Source: an uncultured Atopobiaceae bacterium
GTDB taxonomy: Bacteria; Actinomycetota; Coriobacteriia; Coriobacteriales; Atopobiaceae
Direction: 5' to 3'
DNA: 64,000 bases
Assembly (NCBI GenBank): GCA_947631545.1
Contig: CANRLS010000003.1
Location: 3,146-67,145 of the forward strand
Translations under genes and position numbers: made by a program
The notes under the pieces: generated by a model
Databases searched by the model: none
Seen by the model: only the letters and a program-made list of their open reading frames with translations
Told to the model about the DNA's origin: nothing
In this document: positions 1 to 7,771 of the stretch, piece by piece
Position numbering within the stretch: position 1 is the stretch's first letter
Layout: the number at the start of each line of letters is the position of its first letter

Positions 1-215
1 GTCGCGCCGTCCGCCATCTCGGCCACGGCGCCCGCCATGGCGGCGATCACGCGGCCCGTGAGGGGAAGCGTCACGTCGCCCACGCCCAGGCGAAGGATCC
101 TCGCCTCGGGGTGCGCCTCGGTGTAGGCGGCGACGCGGGCCGCGACGTCCGAGAAGAGGTAGTTCGGCGCGATGTTTCGGAAGTTCGGGTTGACCTTGAT
201 GCTCATGGCGCTCAT
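1..215 (-). CDS. dapL: LL-diaminopimelate aminotransferase, N-terminal part (gene runs off the window)
   Basis: The minus-strand translation from ATG 213-215 reads MSAMSIKVNPNFRNIAPNYLFSDVAARVAAYTEAHPEARILRLGVGDVTLPL. The NYLF...LGVGD(V/T)T.PL N-terminus is typical of DapL-type aminotransferases. It lies immediately downstream of dapF in the same operon. An alternative ATG ends at 206. Confidence 0.7.
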   Translation of the reverse strand, partial: MSAMSIKVNPNFRNIAPNYLFSDVAARVAAYTEAHPEARILRLGVGDVTLPLTGRVIAAMAGAVAEMADGA

Positions 216-320
216 TGCACGCCCTCCGGTTCCTGTTCGTCTGTGGAAGCGCCCGCGGGATCGCCCGGGGCGCTCGTGATGCGGCCTCGCCGCCCAAGCA
301 TCGCATGATTCGCGCGGCGA

Positions 321-1190
321 TCAGAGCGCGCTCGATTCCAGCTCGTAGATGCCGTCGTAGACGCGCACGGCGGGGCCGCTCATGGTGACCTCGCCCTCGC
401 CGCCCACGCAGATGATGAGCTCGCCGCCCTTGAGCCGTACGGTCACCGCCTCGTCCGCCGGGCTATGCCCTAGCCGCACGGCTGCGGCGACGGCGGCGCA
501 GGCGCCGGTGCCGCAGGCGTAGGTCTCGCCGCTCCCCCGCTCCCAGACGCGCATCTCGAGCGTCTTGGGGTCGATGACGCGGACGAACTCGGTGTTGGTG
601 CGCTCGGGGAACGCCTCGTGGCACTCGAAGGCGGGGCCGATCCGGGCCAGGTCGAGGGCGGCGGGCTCGTCCACGAAGACGACCGCGTGGGGGTTTCCCA
701 TCGAGACGCAGGTGACGCGCCACGGCTCGCCCGCAACGACGAGCTCCGCGTCCACGAACTCATCGCAGTCGCAGGCAACGGGCACGTCGGCCGCCTTGAA
801 CGAGGCGCGCCCCATGGCGACCGTCGCCGAGGCGACCCGCCCCGTGGCCTCGTCGACGTCGAGCGCCAGCTCCTTCACACCGCTCGCGGTCTCGATGGCG
901 AGGCGCGTCGCGGGGACGAGCCCCTCGTCGAAGAGGTACTTGCCGACGCAGCGGATGGCGTTTCCGCACATGAGGCCCTCGGAGCCGTCGAGGTTGAACA
1001 TGCGCATCCGGGCGTCCGCAACCTCGGAGCGGCAGATGAGCACGAGGCCGTCGGCGCCCACGGAGAGGTGGCGCGGCGCCATGGCCCGAGCGAGGGCGCC
1101 GGGGTCGGCGGGCTCGCGGCCGGACGTGAAGCAGTCGAGGTAGATGTAGTCGTTGCCGCAGCCCTGCATCTTGGTGAAGGGGATCTTCAT
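321..1190 (-). CDS. dapF: diaminopimelate epimerase
   Basis: The C-terminal 289 aa of the 321..2078 ORF start MKIPFTKMQGCGNDYIYLD. They contain both catalytic-Cys regions, GNAIRC and ACGTGACA. ATG at 1188-1190. Confidence 0.9.
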   Translation of the reverse strand: MKIPFTKMQGCGNDYIYLDCFTSGREPADPGALARAMAPRHLSVGADGLVLICRSEVADARMRMFNLDGSEGLMCGNAIRCVGKYLFDEGLVPATRLAIETASGVKELALDVDEATGRVASATVAMGRASFKAADVPVACDCDEFVDAELVVAGEPWRVTCVSMGNPHAVVFVDEPAALDLARIGPAFECHEAFPERTNTEFVRVIDPKTLEMRVWERGSGETYACGTGACAAVAAAVRLGHSPADEAVTVRLKGGELIICVGGEGEVTMSGPAVRVYDGIYELESSAL

Positions 1191-1312
1191 CGCGTGCGCT
1201 CCTCCGGTTGCCTCCCGTTGCGACGCGCGACGGCGCGGCGATGCCACGCGGCCATGGCGGGCTCTCCGTGAGCCTCGCGGGCGCCGCCACCTATGGCCGT
1301 CGCGCGCGCCAT

Positions 1313-2101
1313 CTATCCCAGCCGCTCGGCGAGGAGGTCGTCCATGCCGTAGAGCCCGGTCGGCTTTCCCTCCAGGAACTCCACGGCGGCGAGGGCGCCC
1401 TCGGCGAAGATGGCGCGGCTCTGGGCCTCGTGGGCGAGGGTGATGATCTCGTCTCCCGAGGCGATGTGCACCTCGTGGACTCCCACGACGTTGCCCAGCC
1501 GAAGCGAATGGATGCCGATCTCGGCGGGCGTGCGCTTGCCGTAGCCCGAGCGGCCCTCGACGATCCGCGCCTCGGGCAGCGACTCCCGCACCGCATGGGC
1601 GAGCGCGAGCGCCGTGCCGCTCGGAGCGTCGAGCTTCTGGTCGTGGTGGGTCTCGACGATCTCCACCTCGGGCTTTGGCATGAGGGCCGCCGCCTCGCGG
1701 GCGAAGCGCGTGAGGAGCGCCACGCCGAGCGAGTAGTTGGGCGCGAAGAAGACGGGTATCTCGGCGGCTGCCGCCTCGATGAGCGCGAGCTCCTCGGGTG
1801 TCTGGCCCGTGGTGGCGACGATCAGGGCCGCCTTCCGGCGGAGGGCGTCGTCGCAGAGCGCCTTCGTCGCGGCGTGGTTGGAGAAGTCGAGGATCGCATC
1901 GACCAGGCCGTCGTAGTCCTCGAGCGCGGCGAAGATCGGCAACGAGCCAGCGGGGGCGCCGTCTTCCACCTCGGCCGCGCCCTCCCCCGCCGATGGATCC
2001 ACGCCGGCCACGAGCCGAAGCCCGGGGTGCCCGCCCTTGGCGACCTCGGTCCGCACGACCACGCCCATCCGGCCGCAAGCTCCGTTCAGCAGCACATCCA
2101 T
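1313..2101 (-). CDS. dapB: 4-hydroxy-tetrahydrodipicolinate reductase
   Basis: Internal ATG at 2099-2101 gives MDVLLNGACGRMG (NAD(P)-binding GxxGxxG). The E(T)HHxxKxDAPSGTA signature is present as ETHHDQKLDAPSGTA. Confidence 0.9.
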   Translation of the reverse strand: MDVLLNGACGRMGVVVRTEVAKGGHPGLRLVAGVDPSAGEGAAEVEDGAPAGSLPIFAALEDYDGLVDAILDFSNHAATKALCDDALRRKAALIVATTGQTPEELALIEAAAAEIPVFFAPNYSLGVALLTRFAREAAALMPKPEVEIVETHHDQKLDAPSGTALALAHAVRESLPEARIVEGRSGYGKRTPAEIGIHSLRLGNVVGVHEVHIASGDEIITLAHEAQSRAIFAEGALAAVEFLEGKPTGLYGMDDLLAERLG

Positions 2102-2124
2102 GGCACTCTCACCCTTCCTCGTTC

Positions 2125-2179
2125 GGCGCTTCGCGTCAGTTCCGCGCCTGGTGCTTTGCGCTTCGCGCCAGTTCCGCGC
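2125..2179. repeat. tandem direct repeat (two 22-23 nt copies, 32-nt period) in the dapB-dapA spacer
   Basis: GGCGCTTCGCGTCAGTTCCGCGC (2125-2147) and TGCGCTTCGCGCCAGTTCCGCGC (2157-2179) differ at 2 positions. Each copy contains self-complementary GCGC blocks. Confidence 0.6.
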
Positions 2180-2224
2180 ACGCGTTCGACGGCACGTTCC
2201 CACACTCGCTCGGCGTTCCGGCGC

Positions 2225-3118
2225 TCACTCGGCGAGCTCGACGCCGGCGTCCAGCAGGCACTGGCGCAGGCGCTCACGCGCCCCGGTCTCCATGTTCACG
2301 AGCGGCTCGCGCACCTCGCTCGCGCACCAGCCCATCATCGCCATGGCCTCCTTCACCGGGATGGGGTTCACGTCGCTGAAGAGCGCCTTGATGAGCGGCA
2401 TGAGCTCGAGCTGCATCCGCGCGGCCTCCGCCACCTCGCCCTCTGCGAAGAGCCGGCACATCCGGGCCGTCTCGGCCGGGAGCACGTTCGAGAGCACCGA
2501 AATCACGCCCAGACCGCCGAGCGCCATGATCGGCGTGATCTGATCGTCGTTTCCGGAGTAGAGGTCCATGCGCCCCCGGATGAGCGAGGCGGTCTCGGAG
2601 ATCTGGGAGATGTTTCCCGACGCCTCCTTGATCCCGGCGATGTTGGGATGGTCGGCCAACGCGGCGCAGGTCGCGGGCGCGATGTTCATCCCCGTCCTCG
2701 ACGGCACGTTGTAGAGGATGAGGGGCCGCTCCACCGCGTCGGCGATCTCGGTGTAGAGCCTGATGAGCCCCGCCTGCGAGGTCTTGTTGTAGTAGGGCGT
2801 CACCACGAGGAGCGCGTCCGCGCCCGCTTCGCAGGCGGCGGTGCAGAGCTTCAGCGCATGGGGCGTGTCGTTGCTGCCCGTGCCGGCGATGACGGGCACG
2901 CGGCCGGCCGTGCGCTCCACGGCATAGGCGATGGTGGCGATGTGCTCCTCGTCCACGAGGGTCGAGGCCTCGCCCGAGGTGCCGCAGACCACGAGGGCGT
3001 CGATGCCGCTCTCGATCTGCCAGTCGATGATCTTCCCGAATGCGTCGTAGTCCACGGCGCGATCCTTGAACGGCGTGATGAGCGCCGTCGCTGCGCCTCT
3101 GAATACCGGCTCCCGCAT
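2225..3118 (-). CDS. dapA: 4-hydroxy-tetrahydrodipicolinate synthase
   Basis: 297-aa ORF starting MREPVFRGAATALITPF with the GTSGE(A)STL motif. Typical DapA length. ATG at 3116-3118. Confidence 0.93.
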   Translation of the reverse strand: MREPVFRGAATALITPFKDRAVDYDAFGKIIDWQIESGIDALVVCGTSGEASTLVDEEHIATIAYAVERTAGRVPVIAGTGSNDTPHALKLCTAACEAGADALLVVTPYYNKTSQAGLIRLYTEIADAVERPLILYNVPSRTGMNIAPATCAALADHPNIAGIKEASGNISQISETASLIRGRMDLYSGNDDQITPIMALGGLGVISVLSNVLPAETARMCRLFAEGEVAEAARMQLELMPLIKALFSDVNPIPVKEAMAMMGWCASEVREPLVNMETGARERLRQCLLDAGVELAE

Positions 3119-3208
3119 GTTCCGCTCCTTTCCCTGGCCGCCGCTCGGGCGCGTCCCGTTCGCGGGCGTTGGCGTCCTCAGCCACCGCCCCCTTCGACTC
3201 CGCGCACG

Positions 3209-3241
3209 AAAAAAGCAGCCGATCCTTCGCGTATCGGCTGC
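3209..3241 (-). terminator. intrinsic terminator (riboswitch OFF-state hairpin)
   Basis: The minus strand is GCAGCCGAT-acgcgaagg-ATCGGCTGC followed by TTTTTT. It lies about 90 nt upstream of the dapA ATG. Confidence 0.75.
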
Positions 3242-3456
3242 CGAACGTGCGCTCGCGTGGACGTGCTCCCACGGCGATACCGATAGCCCTCCGTTCAGAA
3301 GAACGACAGTCCGGAGGATGTTGTCCTCCGGCCCAAGCTCCGCGCCGTCGCCTGGCGCGCGCTTTCGGCACCGGCCCCTTTGGCGCCCTCCGCTGGCCGG
3401 CGACGGCCTTTGCCGGAGGGGCTACTCTTTGCTCGGTGCGCCTCTATCTCTGAGGT
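3209..3456 (-). promoter_or_regulatory. lysine (L-box) riboswitch, aptamer plus terminator expression platform, upstream of dapA
   Basis: The minus strand reads CAGAGATAGAGGCGCACCGAGCAAAGAGTAGCCCC...AAAGGGGCCGGTGCCGAAAGCG...GGACTGTCGTTC...GGAGGGCTATCGG. It matches the L-box core blocks in order (GATAGAGG(U/C)GC, AAGAGUA, GCCGAAAG, G(A/G)CUGUC, and a closing CUAUC that pairs with GAUAG). It is followed by a 9-bp-stem/U6 terminator and sits in front of a lysine biosynthesis operon. Confidence 0.8.
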
Positions 3457-3660
3457 GCGCAGATATTCAGTTGTGGATGCCATCGTAGCCCATCGCGCGG
3501 ATCGTGCAACGCACGGACGCCGAGCGGCAAATGCTCCGCCCATGCGCGAGCGCGCCGGATACTTTGACGGGGGATGCCCAGAGCACCGCATCGTCGAGGC
3601 ACGGGCACGCTGGGTTCGAGCATTGAGGAGCTGAGCGTGCATGCTCCCGGATTGCGAGCC

Positions 3661-3710
3661 TTCTCCGACGGGCTATCAATGGGTAGAATAGTTCTTAGCT
3701 AACTTAGCCA
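3661..3710 (+). promoter_or_regulatory. candidate promoter/operator of the toxin-antitoxin pair
   Basis: TGGGTAGAAT (extended -10-like, TAGAAT at 3684-3689). Downstream is the palindrome TTAGCTAA (3695-3702) embedded in direct CTTAGC repeats (3694-3699 and 3703-3708). AAGGA RBS before ATG 3725. Confidence 0.35.
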
Positions 3711-3724
3711 AGGATTGGATCGCC

Positions 3725-3964
3725 ATGACGCAGATCAACGTCTTCGAAGCGAAAACGAACTTGTCGAAGCTGCTCCAGATGCTCGAGAGCGGCGAGGAGG
3801 ATGTGTTCGTCATCGCGCGAAACGGAACGCCGGTGGCCGACCTCACGCTCACCAGTCGACGCGATCGAGTTCCAACGTTTCTGGGCTTCAAAGACGGGGC
3901 CTACGACATCCCCGATGACATCGACATCGACAACGATGAGATCGCCGAGCTGTTCGGAGCCTAG
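3725..3964 (+). CDS. type II antitoxin, Phd/YefM-like
   Basis: 79 aa starting MTQINVFEAKTNLSKLLQMLESGEEDVFVIARNGTPVADL, an N-terminus typical of prevent-host-death antitoxins. The tail is acidic. The stop lies 2 nt before the toxin ATG. Confidence 0.75.
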   Translation: MTQINVFEAKTNLSKLLQMLESGEEDVFVIARNGTPVADLTLTSRRDRVPTFLGFKDGAYDIPDDIDIDNDEIAELFGA

Positions 3965-3966
3965 GC

Positions 3967-4371
3967 ATGCAGCTGCTGCTCGACACGCATATCTTGCTCT
4001 GGGCCCTCTACAAGCCCGGGAGGCTCTCCAGAAGCGCACTCGTCCTTCTGGAAGACCCTACCATGACGGTCGTCTACAGCACAGCGTCACTATGGGAAGT
4101 GCAAATCAAGCACGCGAAGAATCCCGCATCGATGCCACCATCCGCAGAGGGGCTTCATGGGGATTGCGAGGAGGCGGGACTGCCCCGCCTTCCCATCAGG
4201 CCCCAGCATATCTTTGGAATTGACAGCCTCCATCAACTCTCAGGTTCAAGAGCCCATCGCGATCCATTCGATCGATTGCTGCTCTCGCAAGCGAAGGTCG
4301 AGGGCTGCTTGTTCGCGACTCACGACGACATGCTCGCCACGTACGGCGAATCCTTCGTGCGTCTGGTCTAG
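3967..4371 (+). CDS. vapC: PIN-domain toxin, VapC family
   Basis: 134 aa starting MQLLLDTHILLWAL (first PIN acidic residue), with ...DPFDRLLLSQA and ...ATHD further on. Small size and tight coupling to the antitoxin gene. G+C is locally lower. Confidence 0.8.
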   Translation: MQLLLDTHILLWALYKPGRLSRSALVLLEDPTMTVVYSTASLWEVQIKHAKNPASMPPSAEGLHGDCEEAGLPRLPIRPQHIFGIDSLHQLSGSRAHRDPFDRLLLSQAKVEGCLFATHDDMLATYGESFVRLV

Positions 4372-4641
4372 CGGATGAGGGCAGTGCCCTTCCATCACGC
4401 GTCTCGCGCGCCGAAGCTCTACGTGACCGTAAGCAGCCGAGAGGGCGGGCGCCGAGCGGCGAGGTTTCCGCCAATGCGCGAGGCGCGCGGAGCTTCGCAC
4501 GGTAACCGTGGGCCTGATGCGTGGCGCGAATCGTGCGGAAGTCTTTCCGCCCAGCAAGGATCATCGCTTACGGTGAATTCGGATAGCCCCGATACGACAG
4601 CTGACTCACGTCGCTGGGGCTCATTCGCGCTCTGGAGCGGT

Positions 4642-6276
4642 CTACGCCACGGGATCGCGGTGCTCTTGGAGGGTCGTGAGGGCAGGCTCGTCCTGGGAGA
4701 CGGGCGAATCGAGCGACGGCTCGTCCGCGAAGGCGGGGGCCTCTCCCAAGAGCTCGTCCCTCACCTGACCGATGTAGGCGTCCACTTCCTCGAGGCCCGG
4801 ATCCAAGAGCTCGCTCGCATCGGCCTTGGGCTTGGCCACAGCGAGGATGCTCGCCACCTCGTCCACCGTCGAGACGGGCTCCGCCACCTCCAGCGCGGGC
4901 GCGGTCTCCGCGCTCTCGACGGTGGCAGTCACCTCGGCCTCGTTCACCATGGGGCTCTCGGCGATGGCGGTCTCGGTCTCCTCGTTCACGGACTTGGGGA
5001 TGCCGAAGACGAATCCGAGCCCGAAGACCGTGACGATGATGCCCGCCGTGACGAGCACCGGCTGCACGCCGAAGGCCTCGGCGAGGAAGGGCGCCACGAG
5101 GAGCGGCACGACGGCGGCGAAGCGGAAGCCGATACGCATGATGGAGAGCACGCGACCCACCACGGCGAGGTCCGTCAGGCGCTGCACCATGAGCGCCTGG
5201 GTGGGCTCGAAGGCGCCGAAGCCGGTGCCGAGGACGATCTGCCCCAGGCAGGCGATCCACACGTTGCTCGTGCCCACGTAGATGACCGTGCCCACGCCGA
5301 CGGTGAGGAGCATGACCGCGAGGCCGCGAAGCGAGAGCCACTTATCGGGGAAGCGGAGCATGAGGATGGCGCCGATGACCGTGCCGCCGCCCGCCGCGGC
5401 CGAGAGCCAGCCGAGCCATTCGGCGCTCACCGTGAGCACGTCGCGGTAGAAGAGCGACTCCAGCGAGTCGAAGGCGCCGAACGCGAAGAACCCGAACCAG
5501 CCCATGATGAGGCAGATGAAGAGCGCCGGGTCCTTCATGGAGATGACGAGGCCGTCCTTGGCGTAGGAGAGCGTCGCCTTGAGACCGTGGGGATGCTCCT
5601 CCTCGAGCTCGGAGCCGATGGAGGCGCGGCCGCGGGCCTCGGCCTGCTCGGCCGGCGTGATGCGCTCGGGCAGGAAGAAGAGGAGCGCCATCGACGCGAG
5701 GCTCATGATGCCGTAGGGCACGAAGACCGCCCTCGGCGGGAAGAAGAGCACGAAGAAGCCGCCCACGAGCGGCCCAAGGATGGAGCCGATGTTGGCGGCG
5801 GCGCCCATCATGCCGTTGAAGCTCTGCAGCTCGCCGTCGGGCACGAGGTAGGGCGGGTAGGCGTTGAAGGCCGTTGACTGGATGCCCATGAAGATGCCCG
5901 TCAGGACCGCCATGATGCCGAGGAAGACGATCGTGTCGGGCACGAGCTGGTAGCCGAACGAGATGAGACCGATGAGCAAAAGCGAGAGGATGCCCACCTT
6001 GCGCGGGCCGAAGTAGTCGGTGGCGGGACCGGCGATGATGTAGCCGATGACCATGGCCGCGTCGTAGAGGAGCATCATCGCGGCGATGCCGAAGGCATTG
6101 CTTCCCAGCGTATACGTGGCCACGCCGAGGATGCCGACGAAGCGTCCGCCGTTCTCCCCCGTGCGATCGAGGAGACGCGAGAGCGAAAGCAGCCATTCAT
6201 CCCGCCTGACCTGCGGAGATCGTGGCTGCGCTGCGGCGTGCCCCGCCGTATCGAGATACTGGGTCGTTTCTGCCAT
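4642..6276 (-). CDS. MFS transporter with a roughly 115-aa acidic C-terminal tail
   Basis: 544 aa. Two blocks of six predicted hydrophobic helices, and D-x-x-G-P-R-K (TDYFGPRKVG) in the loop 2-3 position. The tail is rich in E/A/V/D (VNEETETAIAES...). Confidence 0.8.
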   Translation of the reverse strand: MAETTQYLDTAGHAAAQPRSPQVRRDEWLLSLSRLLDRTGENGGRFVGILGVATYTLGSNAFGIAAMMLLYDAAMVIGYIIAGPATDYFGPRKVGILSLLLIGLISFGYQLVPDTIVFLGIMAVLTGIFMGIQSTAFNAYPPYLVPDGELQSFNGMMGAAANIGSILGPLVGGFFVLFFPPRAVFVPYGIMSLASMALLFFLPERITPAEQAEARGRASIGSELEEEHPHGLKATLSYAKDGLVISMKDPALFICLIMGWFGFFAFGAFDSLESLFYRDVLTVSAEWLGWLSAAAGGGTVIGAILMLRFPDKWLSLRGLAVMLLTVGVGTVIYVGTSNVWIACLGQIVLGTGFGAFEPTQALMVQRLTDLAVVGRVLSIMRIGFRFAAVVPLLVAPFLAEAFGVQPVLVTAGIIVTVFGLGFVFGIPKSVNEETETAIAESPMVNEAEVTATVESAETAPALEVAEPVSTVDEVASILAVAKPKADASELLDPGLEEVDAYIGQVRDELLGEAPAFADEPSLDSPVSQDEPALTTLQEHRDPVA

Positions 6277-6407
6277 GTGCGAAGTCTAGCAGGTGCGGTG
6301 CCCCTCGCAAGGACCGCTCGTCGATTGACCGAGCCCCCACCGATGCGGCACGGAGCCGAGCGTGCGCGGCGGATGGGCGGACGCGAGCGCGGGCGGCGCG
6401 AGGCGCG

Positions 6408-7637
6408 CTACGCCAGCGGGTGCAGCAGAAGGCCGCTTCTGAGCTTGGGCTCGAACCAGGTGGACTTTGGCGGCATGACGGCGCCGGCATCCGCCACGGC
6501 CATGAGCTCGGCCACTCGGGTGGGATGCATGAGGAAGGCCACGCCGTCCGCGCCGGCCGCCGCCTCGAGCGCCTCGGGGCCCTCGTTGCCGCCCACGAAG
6601 TCGATGCGCGGATCCTCGCGCGGGTCGCCGATGCCGAGCACCGGGCCGAGCACGCGCTCCTGCAGCCGGTCGACGTCGAGGTCGCCCTCGCCGCGCGAGG
6701 GGTCGCGAAGAAGCCACCAGCGGCCGTCGGTGTAGAGCCCCAGCTCGCCGGGCGCGCCCGGCTCGGGGGCGCCGTCTGCGGGCTCGACCTCGTAGCCCGC
6801 CCTCCGCACCGCGCGGAGGAGCTCTTCGACGGAGAGCCCGGCCCGATCGGCCACCACCCGGTGGTAGGCGAGCACCGTGAGCTCCGCGTCGGGGAAGAGT
6901 CCCGCGAGGAAGCCGTCGTAGGGAGCGTCGTGGGGCGCATCGGGCCCGACGCCCAGGCGCCGTCGCTCCTCCCTCGCATGGCGCGAGGCGGCGGCCGCGC
7001 GATGGTGGCCGTCCGCGATGTAGGCCCTGGCGATGGGTCGCGCGGCGTCGGCGAGCGCTCGGGCGGCCTCGCCGGTGACGCGCCAGAGCTCGTTCTCCAC
7101 ACCGTAGGCGTCGGTGAAGGCGTAGAGCGGATCTTCCTCCGCAACCCTGGCGAGCTCGGCGACGAGGGCGTCGCCCTCCGCCGCCCGCCACGTGAGGAAG
7201 ACGAGACCCGACTGGGCGTCGAGCGCGCGGATGTGGCGCACGCGGCCCTCCTCTTTGACAGCGCGCGTGACCTCATGGCGAGCGATGGTGCCATCCATGT
7301 AATCGTCAACGGCGAAGCAGCCGACGAGCCCCGTCTGCACATGGCCCTGCCAGGAAAGGCGGTAGACGTAGAGCGCCGGCACCACGTCCTCCACGAGCGC
7401 GCCCGCCTCTCGGAGCCGTGCGAGCGCAGTCCGCGCCCGGTGGAAGACGGCCGGGGCCAAGGGGTCGATGCCGTCGTCGAAGGCCATCTCGGGGAGCTCG
7501 ACCGCCATGAAGGAGAGCGGCTCCTCGGCCACGATCCGGCGCGCCTCGACGAGCTCGACCACATCGTAGGGAAGCGATACCACCCTGCGCTCGTAGCCCG
7601 GCGCGGGCCGAAGCGCCTTGAACGGACGAACCTCCAT
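6408..7637 (-). CDS. DUF1015 family protein, function unknown
   Basis: From the internal ATG (7635-7637) the protein starts MEVRPFKALRPAPGYERRVVSLPYDVVELVEARR. This is the characteristic DUF1015 N-terminus (RPF.A.RP...PYDV). About 409 aa, same strand as serA-serC and directly downstream. Confidence 0.8.
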   Translation of the reverse strand: MEVRPFKALRPAPGYERRVVSLPYDVVELVEARRIVAEEPLSFMAVELPEMAFDDGIDPLAPAVFHRARTALARLREAGALVEDVVPALYVYRLSWQGHVQTGLVGCFAVDDYMDGTIARHEVTRAVKEEGRVRHIRALDAQSGLVFLTWRAAEGDALVAELARVAEEDPLYAFTDAYGVENELWRVTGEAARALADAARPIARAYIADGHHRAAAASRHAREERRRLGVGPDAPHDAPYDGFLAGLFPDAELTVLAYHRVVADRAGLSVEELLRAVRRAGYEVEPADGAPEPGAPGELGLYTDGRWWLLRDPSRGEGDLDVDRLQERVLGPVLGIGDPREDPRIDFVGGNEGPEALEAAAGADGVAFLMHPTRVAELMAVADAGAVMPPKSTWFEPKLRSGLLLHPLA

Positions 7638-7771
7638 GGACGACCTCCTCGAAGCGGGGCTGGCAACGCGAGCGACGGACGCATGGGCCGATCTCACGGT
7701 TCGTCACACGGACGGTGCGGCGTGCGCCCGCATGCGTCGGCCGCACGCGACGGCGTTCGCTCCCCTCGATT

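Noticed and set aside
3612-3622. A GGGTTCGAGCA resembling a tRNA T-loop, possibly a tRNA fragment marking an integration site next to the TA islet.
   Set aside because: No complementary T-stem, acceptor stem or anticodon arm can be drawn around it. It is an isolated 9-mer match only.
4375-5877. A 500-aa plus-strand ORF starting in the orphan region downstream of vapC.
   Set aside because: It runs antisense through the MFS transporter gene and its composition is His/Glu/Arg/Gly-rich. The only part outside the MFS gene (4375-4641) has no motif or start context.
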